A stretch of 64,000 nucleotides of DNA from Escherichia phage UE-S1, in the sequence record ON568341.1; one strand, 5' to 3'. Below, one piece after another: positions 54,898-64,000 of this stretch (position 1 is its first letter; the number at the start of each line of letters is the position of its first letter). The position numbers were made by a program, and so were the translations under genes. The notes under the pieces are model-generated. The model was not told the DNA's origin and did no database searches. It saw only the letters and a list, made by a program, of their open reading frames with translations.

Positions 54898-55617
54898 ATG
54901 GGTGCAAATAATAAAAAGCAAACAACAGAACAATTTATAGAAAAATCAAAATCAATTTATGGTGATATATTCTTATATGATAAAACAGTATATGTGAATG
55001 TAAATTCAAAAGTTATTGTAACTTGTAAAATACATGGTGATTATGAGCAATTTGTTAAAGTCCATTACAACGGTGCTGGATGTACTAAATGTTCAAGACG
55101 CTCCAAACATACAACTGAAACCTTCATTGAGGAAGCTAATAAAATACATAATGATAGATATAACTATGATAAAGTTGTATATGGCAAAAACAACAAGCAA
55201 AAACTCACTATAACTTGTAAAATACATGGTGATTTTTTACAAAGAGCAAATGATCATTTATCAGGAAAGGGTTGTATTAAATGTGCAATATCTAATAAAA
55301 TGTCCAAGGCAGTTAAAGACATACGTGACGTTTTGGATATGAAAAATGTATCGTATGAAATGGAAAAAACGTTTGATGATTGTAAAAATATACTTCCTTT
55401 GAGATTTGATTTTTATCTTCCAACGTTTAATATGTGTATTGAATACGATGGTCTTCAACATTTTGAATCATGTGGTTGGGGCGGTGAAGAAAAACTAAAA
55501 CTAACTCAGAAAAATGATAAAATAAAGAATGATTATTGTATTCAAAATAATATTAAATTGTTGAGAATAAAATACGATGAAGATCATATTAAAATTGTTC
55601 TAGAAAATATATCATAA
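54898..55617 (+). CDS. Free-standing homing-endonuclease-like protein (tandem zinc-ribbon repeats plus PD-(D/E)xK Vsr/DUF559-like core)
   Basis: Two approximately 55-aa repeats (TTEQFIEKSKSIYGD ... CKIHGD ... GCTKCS and TTETFIEEANKIHND ... CKIHGD ... GCIKCA). Nuclease core LRFDFYLPTFNMCIEYDGLQHFE resembles the EIDIFIPELKLGIEFNGEYWH core of the ORF at 33680. Confidence 0.55.
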   Translation: MGANNKKQTTEQFIEKSKSIYGDIFLYDKTVYVNVNSKVIVTCKIHGDYEQFVKVHYNGAGCTKCSRRSKHTTETFIEEANKIHNDRYNYDKVVYGKNNKQKLTITCKIHGDFLQRANDHLSGKGCIKCAISNKMSKAVKDIRDVLDMKNVSYEMEKTFDDCKNILPLRFDFYLPTFNMCIEYDGLQHFESCGWGGEEKLKLTQKNDKIKNDYCIQNNIKLLRIKYDEDHIKIVLENIS

Positions 55618-55657
55618 GGACGCATATCGCGTCCTTTTTCTATGTGAGATTAAAAAA

Positions 55658-56476
55658 ATGACAAAATTAAATGAATTCTTATCAAATATAGCAGTTCTTG
55701 ATACTGAAACCACTGGTGTTGAAAGTGATGATGATATTATTGAATTTAGTATCTCATATCCATATACTTCACATGAAAACATTGATACTATTGATAACTA
55801 TACATTGCGATATAAACCACTGAAAGATATTCCACCAGAAGCATCGGCTGTTCACTTTATCAGTACTGAGGATGTAGCTAATTGTGTTGGGTATAAAGAT
55901 GATTTAGATAACATAGATGCACTTATGGGATGCCGTAAGTATTTTGTTGGTCATAATGTACAATTTGACCGTAGAATGATGGTAGATAATGAATATAAAT
56001 ATCGTAACTCAGTTTCACAGTACTTACTCGATGAAGATAAATGGATTTGTACTCTTCGTTTGGCTAAGAAAATGTTTGCAGAAGATACCGAATATAAAAA
56101 CTTAACTCTAAGTTATTTGTGGTATAAGTTTGGATGCCATCGAGATGTTCACAGACCTATTAATGCTCACGCGGCAAAAGATGATGTATTCATGTGTTAT
56201 CAGGTTCTAATCAAATTGGTTGAAATTGCCATCGAACGTGGTCATATTGATTCCAATGGGGATATTGGTGAACAAATAGTAGCTTTTTGTAACACCCCAA
56301 TGCGTTATCAATTCATGCCATTTGGTAAACATAAAGGTGAGCCAATGAATACAGTACCATTGAATTACATTGAATGGATGATCACTAATAGTGACATTTT
56401 AGATGCAAGTAACCCTAACTGTGATAAAGATTTAGTATATACATTTGAGTACGAATATAATACTCGAACTAATTAA
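55658..56476 (+). CDS. DEDDh 3'-5' exonuclease (DnaQ/ExoX-like) with ExoX-type C-terminal domain
   Basis: Exo I VLDTETTG, Exo II HNVQFD, Exo III HAAKDDV. C-terminal FGKHKGEPMNTVPLNYIEWM resembles the ExoX C-terminal motif. Confidence 0.7.
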   Translation: MTKLNEFLSNIAVLDTETTGVESDDDIIEFSISYPYTSHENIDTIDNYTLRYKPLKDIPPEASAVHFISTEDVANCVGYKDDLDNIDALMGCRKYFVGHNVQFDRRMMVDNEYKYRNSVSQYLLDEDKWICTLRLAKKMFAEDTEYKNLTLSYLWYKFGCHRDVHRPINAHAAKDDVFMCYQVLIKLVEIAIERGHIDSNGDIGEQIVAFCNTPMRYQFMPFGKHKGEPMNTVPLNYIEWMITNSDILDASNPNCDKDLVYTFEYEYNTRTN

Positions 56477-56491
56477 TAAAGGTAATCATGG

Positions 56492-57976
56492 ATGAAAACT
56501 TGTAAGTTAACCTTATTGGATGAGGTGAATTGTAAATTTGAGGGACTTGATCCCTCAATTAGACAAAAGATGATTCGTGCAACTGAATATGTGTTACCAT
56601 ATGCAAAGTTCACACCAGCAGGACGTATTGGACGTTGGGATGGTAAAGTTCAGTTTATGAATTTAGGTGGAACAACTTATTATCATATGTTAGATAAGTT
56701 ATTGCCTATTCTTGATGAAGCTAAGATTGACATTGAATTGGTAGATCATAGGGTAGATTATGGATTTAAATTTGACCCTATTGATGAAGATATTTTTAGT
56801 GATGTTGTATTCGGTGCAGGACACCACATGGAAGGTAAATCCATAAAACTACGTGAACATCAAGTTAATGCGGTTAATGCATGTTTGGCTAATCCACACG
56901 GATTACTATTGGCAGCTACTGGTGCAGGTAAAACACTCATTACTGCTGCATTGTCAAAGAAAGTGCAAGAGTATGGACGTTCTGTTATAATAGTACCAAG
57001 TACTGACTTAGTACAACAAACATATGATGACTATATTATGTGTGGGTTGGATACTGGTATGTTCTATGGTTCACAAAAAGATTTTGGTCACCAACATACT
57101 ATTACAACGTGGCAATCATTTAACTCTCTATGGAAGAAAACCAAGAAAGGTGAAATTGAATTAACTGAACAAGATGTTAATGATTTTATCGATGGAGTAG
57201 TTTGTGTTATCGTTGATGAGTGTCAAGGTGCAGGTGGTGACGCATTAGTTCAAGTACTATCTAAAGTTATGAACAACGTACCATTACGTTGGGGTCTTAC
57301 TGGTACAATTCCGAAAGATCCGGTTGTCGCCGCAAAAATCAAATGTAATGTTGGTGATGTTATATTTAAAATAACTGCAAAGGAATTACAAGATAAACAG
57401 ATACTAAGTACATGTAATGTAAATTGCATAAAACTAAAAAGTAGTATGAAGTTTGCATCATATGCTGAAGAGTTGAAATACTTAGTAACTGACAGAGATA
57501 GAATGGCATATGTAGCATCATTGATATCTGCGTTATCTGAATCAGGAAACACTTTAGTTTTAGTAGATAGGCTTGAAGCGGGTGAGTTGTTATGTGAATT
57601 TTTAGGTATTCCCAAATCAGAATTTGTTCGTGGAGAAACTAAAAAGAAAGATCGAGAATCATCATATGGTGAAATTCGTTGGGCTGATAATAAAATACTT
57701 ATTGCGACATACGGTGTTGCCAGTACTGGTATCAGTATTTCAAGGTTATACAATGTAGTATTGATTGAGCCAGGAAAAAGTTTTGTAAGAACTATACAAT
57801 CAATCGGACGTGGATTACGCCGAGCAGAAGATAAAGACCATGTGGAAATATATGATATTAGTGGTTCTAATAAGTATAGTGCAAAACATTTACGTGAACG
57901 TTTAGCATATTATAAGGAAGCACAATATCCGCATAGTATAATAGATGTTAAAGATTGGGAAAACACAGCGGGATAA
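56492..57976 (+). CDS. uvsW: UvsW helicase (SF2)
   Basis: RIGRWDGKVQFMN parallels T4 UvsW RYGNWDGRIRLLD. Walker A ATGAGKT, DECQ box. ATYGVASTGISISRLYNVVL parallels ASYGVFSTGISVKNLHHVVL. Confidence 0.9.
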   Translation: MKTCKLTLLDEVNCKFEGLDPSIRQKMIRATEYVLPYAKFTPAGRIGRWDGKVQFMNLGGTTYYHMLDKLLPILDEAKIDIELVDHRVDYGFKFDPIDEDIFSDVVFGAGHHMEGKSIKLREHQVNAVNACLANPHGLLLAATGAGKTLITAALSKKVQEYGRSVIIVPSTDLVQQTYDDYIMCGLDTGMFYGSQKDFGHQHTITTWQSFNSLWKKTKKGEIELTEQDVNDFIDGVVCVIVDECQGAGGDALVQVLSKVMNNVPLRWGLTGTIPKDPVVAAKIKCNVGDVIFKITAKELQDKQILSTCNVNCIKLKSSMKFASYAEELKYLVTDRDRMAYVASLISALSESGNTLVLVDRLEAGELLCEFLGIPKSEFVRGETKKKDRESSYGEIRWADNKILIATYGVASTGISISRLYNVVLIEPGKSFVRTIQSIGRGLRRAEDKDHVEIYDISGSNKYSAKHLRERLAYYKEAQYPHSIIDVKDWENTAG

Positions 57977-57985
57977 ACCCGCTGT
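57965..57985 (+). terminator. Hairpin overlapping the uvsW stop (weak terminator)
   Basis: ACAGCGGG-ataaa-CCCGCTGT. Only a short T tract follows, then a TGATATAAT -10-like element. Confidence 0.3.
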
Positions 57986-58031
57986 TTGTGATATAATGTG
58001 TCATATGTAAACAACAAGGATGTGGAATAAA

Positions 58032-58460
58032 ATGGAATTGAGATCTAGTATTGCTTTTGTCTGTGACCAAGAAACGTTAGAGGTTATGGATGTATTGTTG
58101 AATGATGATGGTATTATGGATGACATGGTGTCTTCTCTTGACTATATTCCTGAACTAGAAACGGATGATACTAACGTATGGAGATGTAACATTGATGGCG
58201 ATTCGTGGATTAATATCTATGAATTACAAACACGAATTGATTCTAAGGTTGAATCATTGAAATATGATATCATCTATGCAAGTACTGATACAAAAACTTT
58301 TATTGATGTAGTAAGTCTAAGTGGTAATTTTGATTCATATCTTGATACTGATGTGGATAAAATTCAAGAGATGTGTGATACATACGGACTTGAATTTTAT
58401 GGTGCAGAAGATTTGGATGACGAAGACTATTACGATGATGAAGAAGAATCACAGTACTAA
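58032..58460 (+). CDS. Hypothetical protein with acidic C-terminal tail
   Basis: ORF with AAGGA RBS. C-terminus DLDDEDYYDDEEESQY. Confidence 0.55.
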   Translation: MELRSSIAFVCDQETLEVMDVLLNDDGIMDDMVSSLDYIPELETDDTNVWRCNIDGDSWINIYELQTRIDSKVESLKYDIIYASTDTKTFIDVVSLSGNFDSYLDTDVDKIQEMCDTYGLEFYGAEDLDDEDYYDDEEESQY

Positions 58461-58469
58461 GGAGACGAT

Positions 58470-58967
58470 ATGAACGTATTAACACCAGAAAATACATCTT
58501 TTGATATGGATTTAGTAACAGAACATATCCCTGAAGAAATGTATTGTGTTTTGGATTTAAGTCCAAATGGTGAATCTGATTTTTATTTTAGACATATTCT
58601 AAACACCGTATCATTTAATAGTATTAGTGCTGATCTTCAAATTGGTGAAAAGATTATTCAAGTGCCTTTAGGATGGCAAATTATGTTAGGGGATGAAGAA
58701 ACTGGTATGGTTGAGATGTGCACAATTGAAAACATTCTCAACATGAAAGAACCAAAAGCTTTTGTTTATAATCCTATCCGTTCGATGTATCCTAAGTTTG
58801 AGCCAGTAAAAGTACTACGTGTATTTGCTTTAACAACTAAGTGGCAAATTCCAATGCTACCGAAAAAGAATTTACTCTGTGTGCCGTTACATAGTGGTGA
58901 AAATCCACCATGTGTGTACTTTGCAGATGAAAATGAAAAAATTCAAGATTTGTATCTAGGAGTATAA
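58470..58967 (+). CDS. Hypothetical protein (165 aa)
   Basis: ORF with GGAG RBS. Confidence 0.55.
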   Translation: MNVLTPENTSFDMDLVTEHIPEEMYCVLDLSPNGESDFYFRHILNTVSFNSISADLQIGEKIIQVPLGWQIMLGDEETGMVEMCTIENILNMKEPKAFVYNPIRSMYPKFEPVKVLRVFALTTKWQIPMLPKKNLLCVPLHSGENPPCVYFADENEKIQDLYLGV

Positions 58968-58971
58968 AATA

Positions 58972-59814
58972 GTGTTTGATTTCAGTGATATTAAAAATAA
59001 GTCAGTCGATGATGATAAACCAACACAGCAGTCTTTTTCTATTGCTGAATTTCTAAAACATATTGACCGTGCTGATTATAAGTTCTATAATGACATGACA
59101 GAAAAAGAACGAAAAGAGTTTACACCTTATACTGTTTTGCGATGGGTAAGCTCTTTGGATGATTCTCTTCAAGTTACATATCCAAGTAGTAAAGTTGAAA
59201 AAGTATTTGGTAAATGGAAAGCTGGTGGTAAGGAAACATTAACTGAACTAGTAACTGAATTGAAGTCTTCTGGGACTAATGTTTCATCAGTAACCAAGTA
59301 CTGTCACGGTGACTATGATTGGCGTATTAAATTTGCGGTTCAATCTAAAGATGCCGCACAAAAATTAATATCATCAATGACAGAATTTGGTGTAACTGGT
59401 TCGGAAATTGTGTCATTAGTAGATACTGAAGTTGTAAAATATCAACTTATTATGCTGAATGACATGGTTAATGATGGTTTTTGGGATATGAAAGAACATC
59501 CAGAATTAGTATATCAACTTATGTGCTCAGTGCATGATATGATTGGTGGACAAGAAATGCCCCGTAATTGGTTGAATTTTTCTAAAAATTTCAAAAAAGC
59601 AAACAATGAACTATTTGAATTAATTAAAAGTTCACAACCTGATACTATTTCTACTCAAATGAATGAAGATGAATATAAAATTGTTTTATTACAGTATGAT
59701 AAAAAATCATTTGAAACATTTCTTGACAATAATGGTTTACAAGATAATGAAAAGAAATCTATGATGAAATTGTTTAAAGATGAATGTAAAAAATATGGCA
59801 AAGAAATCAAGTAA
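58972..59814 (+). CDS. Hypothetical protein (280 aa)
   Basis: ORF with AGGAG RBS and GTG start. Confidence 0.55.
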   Translation: MFDFSDIKNKSVDDDKPTQQSFSIAEFLKHIDRADYKFYNDMTEKERKEFTPYTVLRWVSSLDDSLQVTYPSSKVEKVFGKWKAGGKETLTELVTELKSSGTNVSSVTKYCHGDYDWRIKFAVQSKDAAQKLISSMTEFGVTGSEIVSLVDTEVVKYQLIMLNDMVNDGFWDMKEHPELVYQLMCSVHDMIGGQEMPRNWLNFSKNFKKANNELFELIKSSQPDTISTQMNEDEYKIVLLQYDKKSFETFLDNNGLQDNEKKSMMKLFKDECKKYGKEIK

Positions 59815-60505
59815 TAAAGTATACACCTGTAAATTTTGTGACCGTGAATTTAAACGAGAAGAAACTGTCAGCACACATAAATGTATAAAACGTGACCGAT
59901 ACGAAGACCGCCAAAGCCGCCAGATGATGGAGGCTTTTCGTATATATATGCAATTTATGGAATTGAATAAGTTCCCATTTAAAAAAGGCGTGGAGCCTTT
60001 TATTGCTTTTATAAAATCGAAGTACTTTAATGATTTTTATAGTTTCGCAGAATACTATTTGAATAATAGAGATATTATAAATGTGGACGAGTTTGTAAAG
60101 AACTTGATTATCACTAACAGACCAATTACTGAATGGAGTACGTATAAAGCAAAAGATGAATGGATATTAAAAACTATTCGTGCAGAACATCCAAAAGAAG
60201 CTATTGCACGAAGTGTAATATCATTGGTTGAATGGGCTGAAAAGTTGAATGTACAATGGAACACTTTCTTTGAAAATGTAAGTTCTGCTCGTGCAATTGC
60301 ATGGATAGAGAGTGGTAAAATTTCACCGTGGATTATATGGCTTGCTCCTAAAAAAAGTACTAATAAGTTTTTTAAAAAACTATCAAACTCAGAAATTGAA
60401 TATATACTTAAATACATCGATCCAAGTTATTTTGAAATAAAAACTATAAAATACAAAAAGGATTGTGATGAAATTAAGATTATGCTATGTGAGGCAGGAT
60501 TATGA
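59780..60505 (+). CDS. Hypothetical protein with N-terminal C2HC zinc-finger-like motif
   Basis: YTCKFCDREFKREETVSTHKC motif. Confidence 0.55.
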   Translation: MNVKNMAKKSSNKVYTCKFCDREFKREETVSTHKCIKRDRYEDRQSRQMMEAFRIYMQFMELNKFPFKKGVEPFIAFIKSKYFNDFYSFAEYYLNNRDIINVDEFVKNLIITNRPITEWSTYKAKDEWILKTIRAEHPKEAIARSVISLVEWAEKLNVQWNTFFENVSSARAIAWIESGKISPWIIWLAPKKSTNKFFKKLSNSEIEYILKYIDPSYFEIKTIKYKKDCDEIKIMLCEAGL

Positions 60506-60831
60506 ATGGAAAAAGTATATATAACAAAATACCAGAAGGGTATGTACCTGTACCTAAAGAACAAAAATCAAAACAAATATCTCTACTTAGACAAGGATCT
60601 ATTACTGAAATAACACTAGATGGCAAAACATTTCAAGTTCACGATCCGGCTCGTGTTGAAAAAATAATTTCTTTAGTTGAAAGACATGAAGAGCGATTTT
60701 TTAGTTTGAGTCAGGAGTTAGCAAAGACAAAACAAAATTGTAAAATATTAGAGAAACAAATATCAACGTTAGTTAATACAGTTAAACAGTTACAGGAGCA
60801 AATAAAAAATGCAGGATTTGACCGATTCTAA
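60502..60831 (+). CDS. Hypothetical protein (109 aa), C-terminal coiled-coil
   Basis: ORF translationally coupled to neighbours. Confidence 0.5.
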   Translation: MNGKSIYNKIPEGYVPVPKEQKSKQISLLRQGSITEITLDGKTFQVHDPARVEKIISLVERHEERFFSLSQELAKTKQNCKILEKQISTLVNTVKQLQEQIKNAGFDRF

Positions 60832-61447
60832 ACATTATAGAAAGGCCCGAACTGATATTGACATTGACTTCAAGGATAGTAAAAGTGTAATTGCAAAACT
60901 TCCTTGTGTACGAAGTACTGAAAAAATTACGGAGGATGGTTTAATCCCCCATAATAGTGGTGTTCATTTTGACAATATACCAACTGATCCAATTACTGGT
61001 TTGGCTAGTATACAATATAAAGAAGCTGAAAGGTTAGGATATCAAAAAGTTGATATTCTTTCACAGTCAGCTTACGTGTATGTTCGTGATAGAGAACATT
61101 TAAAAGAACTAATGAATCAGGAACCAAATTGGGATTTATTGTTAGAACCCGAAATAGTAGAGCATCTCTCGCAAATTAAAAAACATGTAACATTGTTAAA
61201 TGTATGGAAGCCTAAATCAATCGACGAACTGGCAATGTTTATTGCCATGATTCGCCCAGGAAAAAGGCAGTGCCAAAGTATGAACACATGGGACGAGGTA
61301 AAAGCCACCATATGGGACTACAGTACTATTGGCACGGACCAAGCAGGAAATAAATTACGATATTTCAAAAAGCCACATGCTTATGCATATAGCTTAATGA
61401 TTGTTGTTCAACTAAATGCTTTAGTTGAACATCTTACTTCTTCTTAA
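60809..61447 (+). CDS. Hypothetical protein with motifs reminiscent of C-family polymerase (DnaE) active-site blocks
   Basis: 212 aa. In order: TDIDIDF, HNSGV, LGYQKVDIL, KPKSIDELAMFIAMIRPG. Resemblance judged by eye only. Confidence 0.5.
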   Translation: MQDLTDSKHYRKARTDIDIDFKDSKSVIAKLPCVRSTEKITEDGLIPHNSGVHFDNIPTDPITGLASIQYKEAERLGYQKVDILSQSAYVYVRDREHLKELMNQEPNWDLLLEPEIVEHLSQIKKHVTLLNVWKPKSIDELAMFIAMIRPGKRQCQSMNTWDEVKATIWDYSTIGTDQAGNKLRYFKKPHAYAYSLMIVVQLNALVEHLTSS

Positions 61448-61667
61448 GTGCCACATTACGACGTTTGATGCGTTTCTGTGGCAAATTGCTTAAAGAAACT
61501 ACTGGACCACATACGAAATTCACCGATTGTGTATCGAATCTCTGTGTGTACGGTTCAAATTTCTCCATCTCTTCTTGAAAGAATAGACAAACTGGAATGG
61601 TTCTATTACTTTGCCACCACCAATCATGTGCTATACTTAACAATTCGTCTTGCATTGATTCATTCAT
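61434..61667 (-). CDS. Small basic hypothetical protein (77 aa); coding status uncertain
   Basis: Minus-strand ORF convergent with and overlapping the end of the upstream plus-strand gene. Trp-rich centre, Lys/Arg-rich C-terminus. Confidence 0.25.
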   Translation of the reverse strand: MNESMQDELLSIAHDWWWQSNRTIPVCLFFQEEMEKFEPYTQRFDTQSVNFVCGPVVSLSNLPQKRIKRRNVALKKK

Positions 61668-61806
61668 ATCATCGAAACAATAAAGAGTTGTATACTGTTT
61701 GCTTTTGATTTTGATGATACCAATAAACGTTTTACCATCATACTGGATTACAGTAATGAATGGTGGGATAGTGTTATATGATTCATATTAGTTCCATAAA
61801 TATTAG

Positions 61807-61814
61807 TATAAATT
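61807..61814 (+). promoter_or_regulatory. Late-promoter-like TATAAATT box
   Basis: One mismatch from TATAAATA, about 30 nt upstream of ATG 61844. Confidence 0.35.
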
Positions 61815-61843
61815 TATACCTATTATTTATGGAAGGAAAAACT

Positions 61844-62821
61844 ATGGCTCATCACGGCGTGTTTATGTACCCTTATAATCAGGAAGTATCATTGGGCAAT
61901 TTTAATATGCCATTTAGTAATGAAAAACTAACTATCTATCGAGGGGCAAATAATAATTTATCTTTTACTGTTCACAACGCTGATGGAAAATATACTTTAT
62001 TGAAAGATAATGAATATCTTACATTTATGATTTTTGATGCACGAAATAATACTAAACTATTTGATGTTGTATTGGAAAAGCAAGAACCAAGTTGGTTATC
62101 AGAAAGTGGTCAAGCTCGTCAAACATTGGGAAATAAAAAGAAAGTATACTATGGATGTATTGTTCCAGCAGGAGTTATTCAAGATACCAGTCCTGGTTCT
62201 AAATATAGATGGAGCATTACTAAAGTAACTATGGATGGTTCACTTATAGAACCAACACAATATCTATACACTGGAATGAACTTTGAGGCATCAGCGGAGC
62301 TAATAATTTCAGACCAAGCAGCCCCAGTATTTGTTCCTAGTACTGAAATATCTACAGACAAAAATTCAGCCTGGACATCAATAAAGCGTTTATATAATGA
62401 ACCAATTGGTAATGGTATGATAGGTGAGTATGATATACTCGCATCAACTCCACTTCCAGCACAAATGCAGTATGGGTTGGTTGATGGGCTAAGTAGCATT
62501 GCAATCTATTTTGATAAATTCATTGGAAGAATACAGTTACAAGGATGTTTGTGTAATAATGTACCTAATGATAATGAAAATTATAAATGGTTTATAATCA
62601 AATTAGATGGAAAGGATTATATTGAAAATGGGATTGATATTGATGGATTTCCAAAAGAACTTGATGGTATTCAAGCATTTAATTTCAAAGGAAATTATAT
62701 GTGGTTGCGAATCGTAGTAGCAATTCATCCTAAAAATGTTCCAGTACCATACGACTATGCTGCTGTGCGAAAAGTGTATGATCCTTTATTAACTGTACCT
62801 AAAATTTTGATTCGCAGGTGA
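61844..62821 (+). CDS. Hypothetical late protein (about 326 aa)
   Basis: Start refined to ATG 61844 (MAHHGV...) after a GGAAGGA RBS. Confidence 0.6.
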   Translation: MAHHGVFMYPYNQEVSLGNFNMPFSNEKLTIYRGANNNLSFTVHNADGKYTLLKDNEYLTFMIFDARNNTKLFDVVLEKQEPSWLSESGQARQTLGNKKKVYYGCIVPAGVIQDTSPGSKYRWSITKVTMDGSLIEPTQYLYTGMNFEASAELIISDQAAPVFVPSTEISTDKNSAWTSIKRLYNEPIGNGMIGEYDILASTPLPAQMQYGLVDGLSSIAIYFDKFIGRIQLQGCLCNNVPNDNENYKWFIIKLDGKDYIENGIDIDGFPKELDGIQAFNFKGNYMWLRIVVAIHPKNVPVPYDYAAVRKVYDPLLTVPKILIRR

Positions 62822-62847
62822 GACAAAATTAGAAGGTGTGCTATAAT
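62820..62847 (+). promoter_or_regulatory. Early sigma70-like promoter (GAGACA-N16-TGcTATAAT)
   Basis: GAGACA at 62820-62825 and TGCTATAAT at 62839-62847, upstream of the primase gene. Confidence 0.5.
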
Positions 62848-62876
62848 CATTTGTAAGAAAAGACAAGGATTAACTT

Positions 62877-63932
62877 ATGAACGCTGTACAAAACATAATG
62901 GCACAAATAATGAATGATCCAGTACCTTCAATTGGTACATGGTCACATCACAATTGTCCCGCTTGTGTGTTCAGAGGACATTCAAGGCCGGATACAAAGC
63001 ACCGTGGTAATCATATGTTCAATGCAGATGGTTCCGTATCATATAACTGCTTTAACTGTAGTTTAAAAACGGGTTGGCAGCCTGGAAAATATATGAGCAA
63101 AGATATGGAGTCTTTGCTCATTTCTTTTGGTGCACAAGATAAAGAAATAGAATTAGTTAAGTTTTATATTAAAGAAATGGTTGATAGTGGAGATTACGCT
63201 ACACAAGAAACGGTTGTATCAAAATTATATGATAGAATAACTGTGCGTGATTTACCATCAAATGCTAAAACATTTTGGGAATGGGCTTCGTTACCAGAAG
63301 ACAAAATTCCCCGAGAATTTTTGAGTGTTTTGCATAACGTCAATGAAAGAAACCCATACTTATTAGATTTAGAATTATATTGGTCACCCAATAAAGAACA
63401 TAAAATGTATGATAGATTTATTATTCCTTATTTCATGAATGGGAAAATCATTGGATACACAGCAAGACACAAATTAAAAGATCCCGGAAGTACATACAGG
63501 TTTATAAATCAAGTAAGTACAAATATACTATATAATTATGATTTATTAAAAGATGATAGAATAAAAACAATTTTAGTATGTGAAGGGCCGTTGGATGCTG
63601 CATTGATGGGTGGAGTATCTGCAAATAACTTTAAACTATCCAATGTACAAATTGATGTATTAAAAGATGCACAACAAAAAGGTAAAAAAGTAGTTATTGT
63701 TCCAGACCGAGACAAAGATGGGTTAATAACAATAGAACAAGCACTTGAAAATGGATTCAGTGTGTCGTTCCCAGACTTTGGTGCAGTTAGAGAAGGGAGT
63801 ACTATACGTCACATCAAAGATTTCGAAGAAGCGTGTTCACGTTTTGGAAGGTTATTTTGCTTGCAATTAATACACGATAGTATAGTAGATGAGCCATTTT
63901 ATATAAAAGCTCAAACAGAAAAATGGATGTAA
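62877..63932 (+). CDS. gp61: DNA primase gp61 (zinc-ribbon plus TOPRIM)
   Basis: N-terminal zinc ribbon HHNCPACVF ... YNCFNCSLK. TOPRIM motif ILVCEGPLDAAL and downstream VVIVPDRDKDG. Confidence 0.8.
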   Translation: MNAVQNIMAQIMNDPVPSIGTWSHHNCPACVFRGHSRPDTKHRGNHMFNADGSVSYNCFNCSLKTGWQPGKYMSKDMESLLISFGAQDKEIELVKFYIKEMVDSGDYATQETVVSKLYDRITVRDLPSNAKTFWEWASLPEDKIPREFLSVLHNVNERNPYLLDLELYWSPNKEHKMYDRFIIPYFMNGKIIGYTARHKLKDPGSTYRFINQVSTNILYNYDLLKDDRIKTILVCEGPLDAALMGGVSANNFKLSNVQIDVLKDAQQKGKKVVIVPDRDKDGLITIEQALENGFSVSFPDFGAVREGSTIRHIKDFEEACSRFGRLFCLQLIHDSIVDEPFYIKAQTEKWM

Positions 63933-63954
63933 TACATATAATGAGGGAACATAG

Positions 63955-64000
63955 ATGATTCAAAGCACAATGGATGTGAAACAATATGGGATTAATGCAC
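63955..64000 (+). CDS. Start of a further ORF, truncated by the window edge
   Basis: ATG at 63955 after an AGGGAA RBS-like sequence. Only 15 codons visible. Confidence 0.25.
   Translation, partial: MIQSTMDVKQYGINA

Noticed and set aside
57250-57753. 167-aa minus-strand ORF inside uvsW
   Set aside because: Lies wholly within a confidently identified helicase gene; no motifs.

Overview
This window is a dense, AT-rich segment of a T4-superfamily myovirus genome, carrying the T4 core gene set in a non-T4 order. All calls rest on by-eye motif recognition and remembered T4 sequences; no database search was run. Left to right: (1) a minus-strand baseplate module in P2/Mu-like order: a giant >2,660-codon structural gene running off the window, a gp6/gpJ-like wedge, a gp25/gpW-like wedge, a free lysozyme, a gp5-like spike with its own C-terminal lysozyme, and a putative hub; (2) an early operon of late sigma factor gp55 and the gp47/gp46 Mre11/Rad50-like nuclease, followed by an endonuclease VII-like gene; (3) a promoter-to-terminator bounded, GC-enriched non-coding locus of about 470 nt (candidate structured RNA); (4) a late head module: portal gp20, prohead protease gp21, scaffold gp22 and a short major capsid protein gp23; (5) an accessory island with a homing-endonuclease-like gene and a T5orf172-like gene, then a tail fibre and its assembly chaperone; (6) a replication and recombination block: DNA polymerase gp43, a sliding-clamp-like protein, a GroES-like protein, RNase H, large terminase interrupted by a LAGLIDADG intein in its P-loop, gp32, UvsX, a second homing-endonuclease-like gene, an ExoX-like exonuclease, UvsW and primase gp61. 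Early promoters share a G(A/G)GACA-N16/17-TGcTATAAT pattern; late genes carry TATAAATA-like boxes. No tRNA, rRNA or CRISPR array was recognised.
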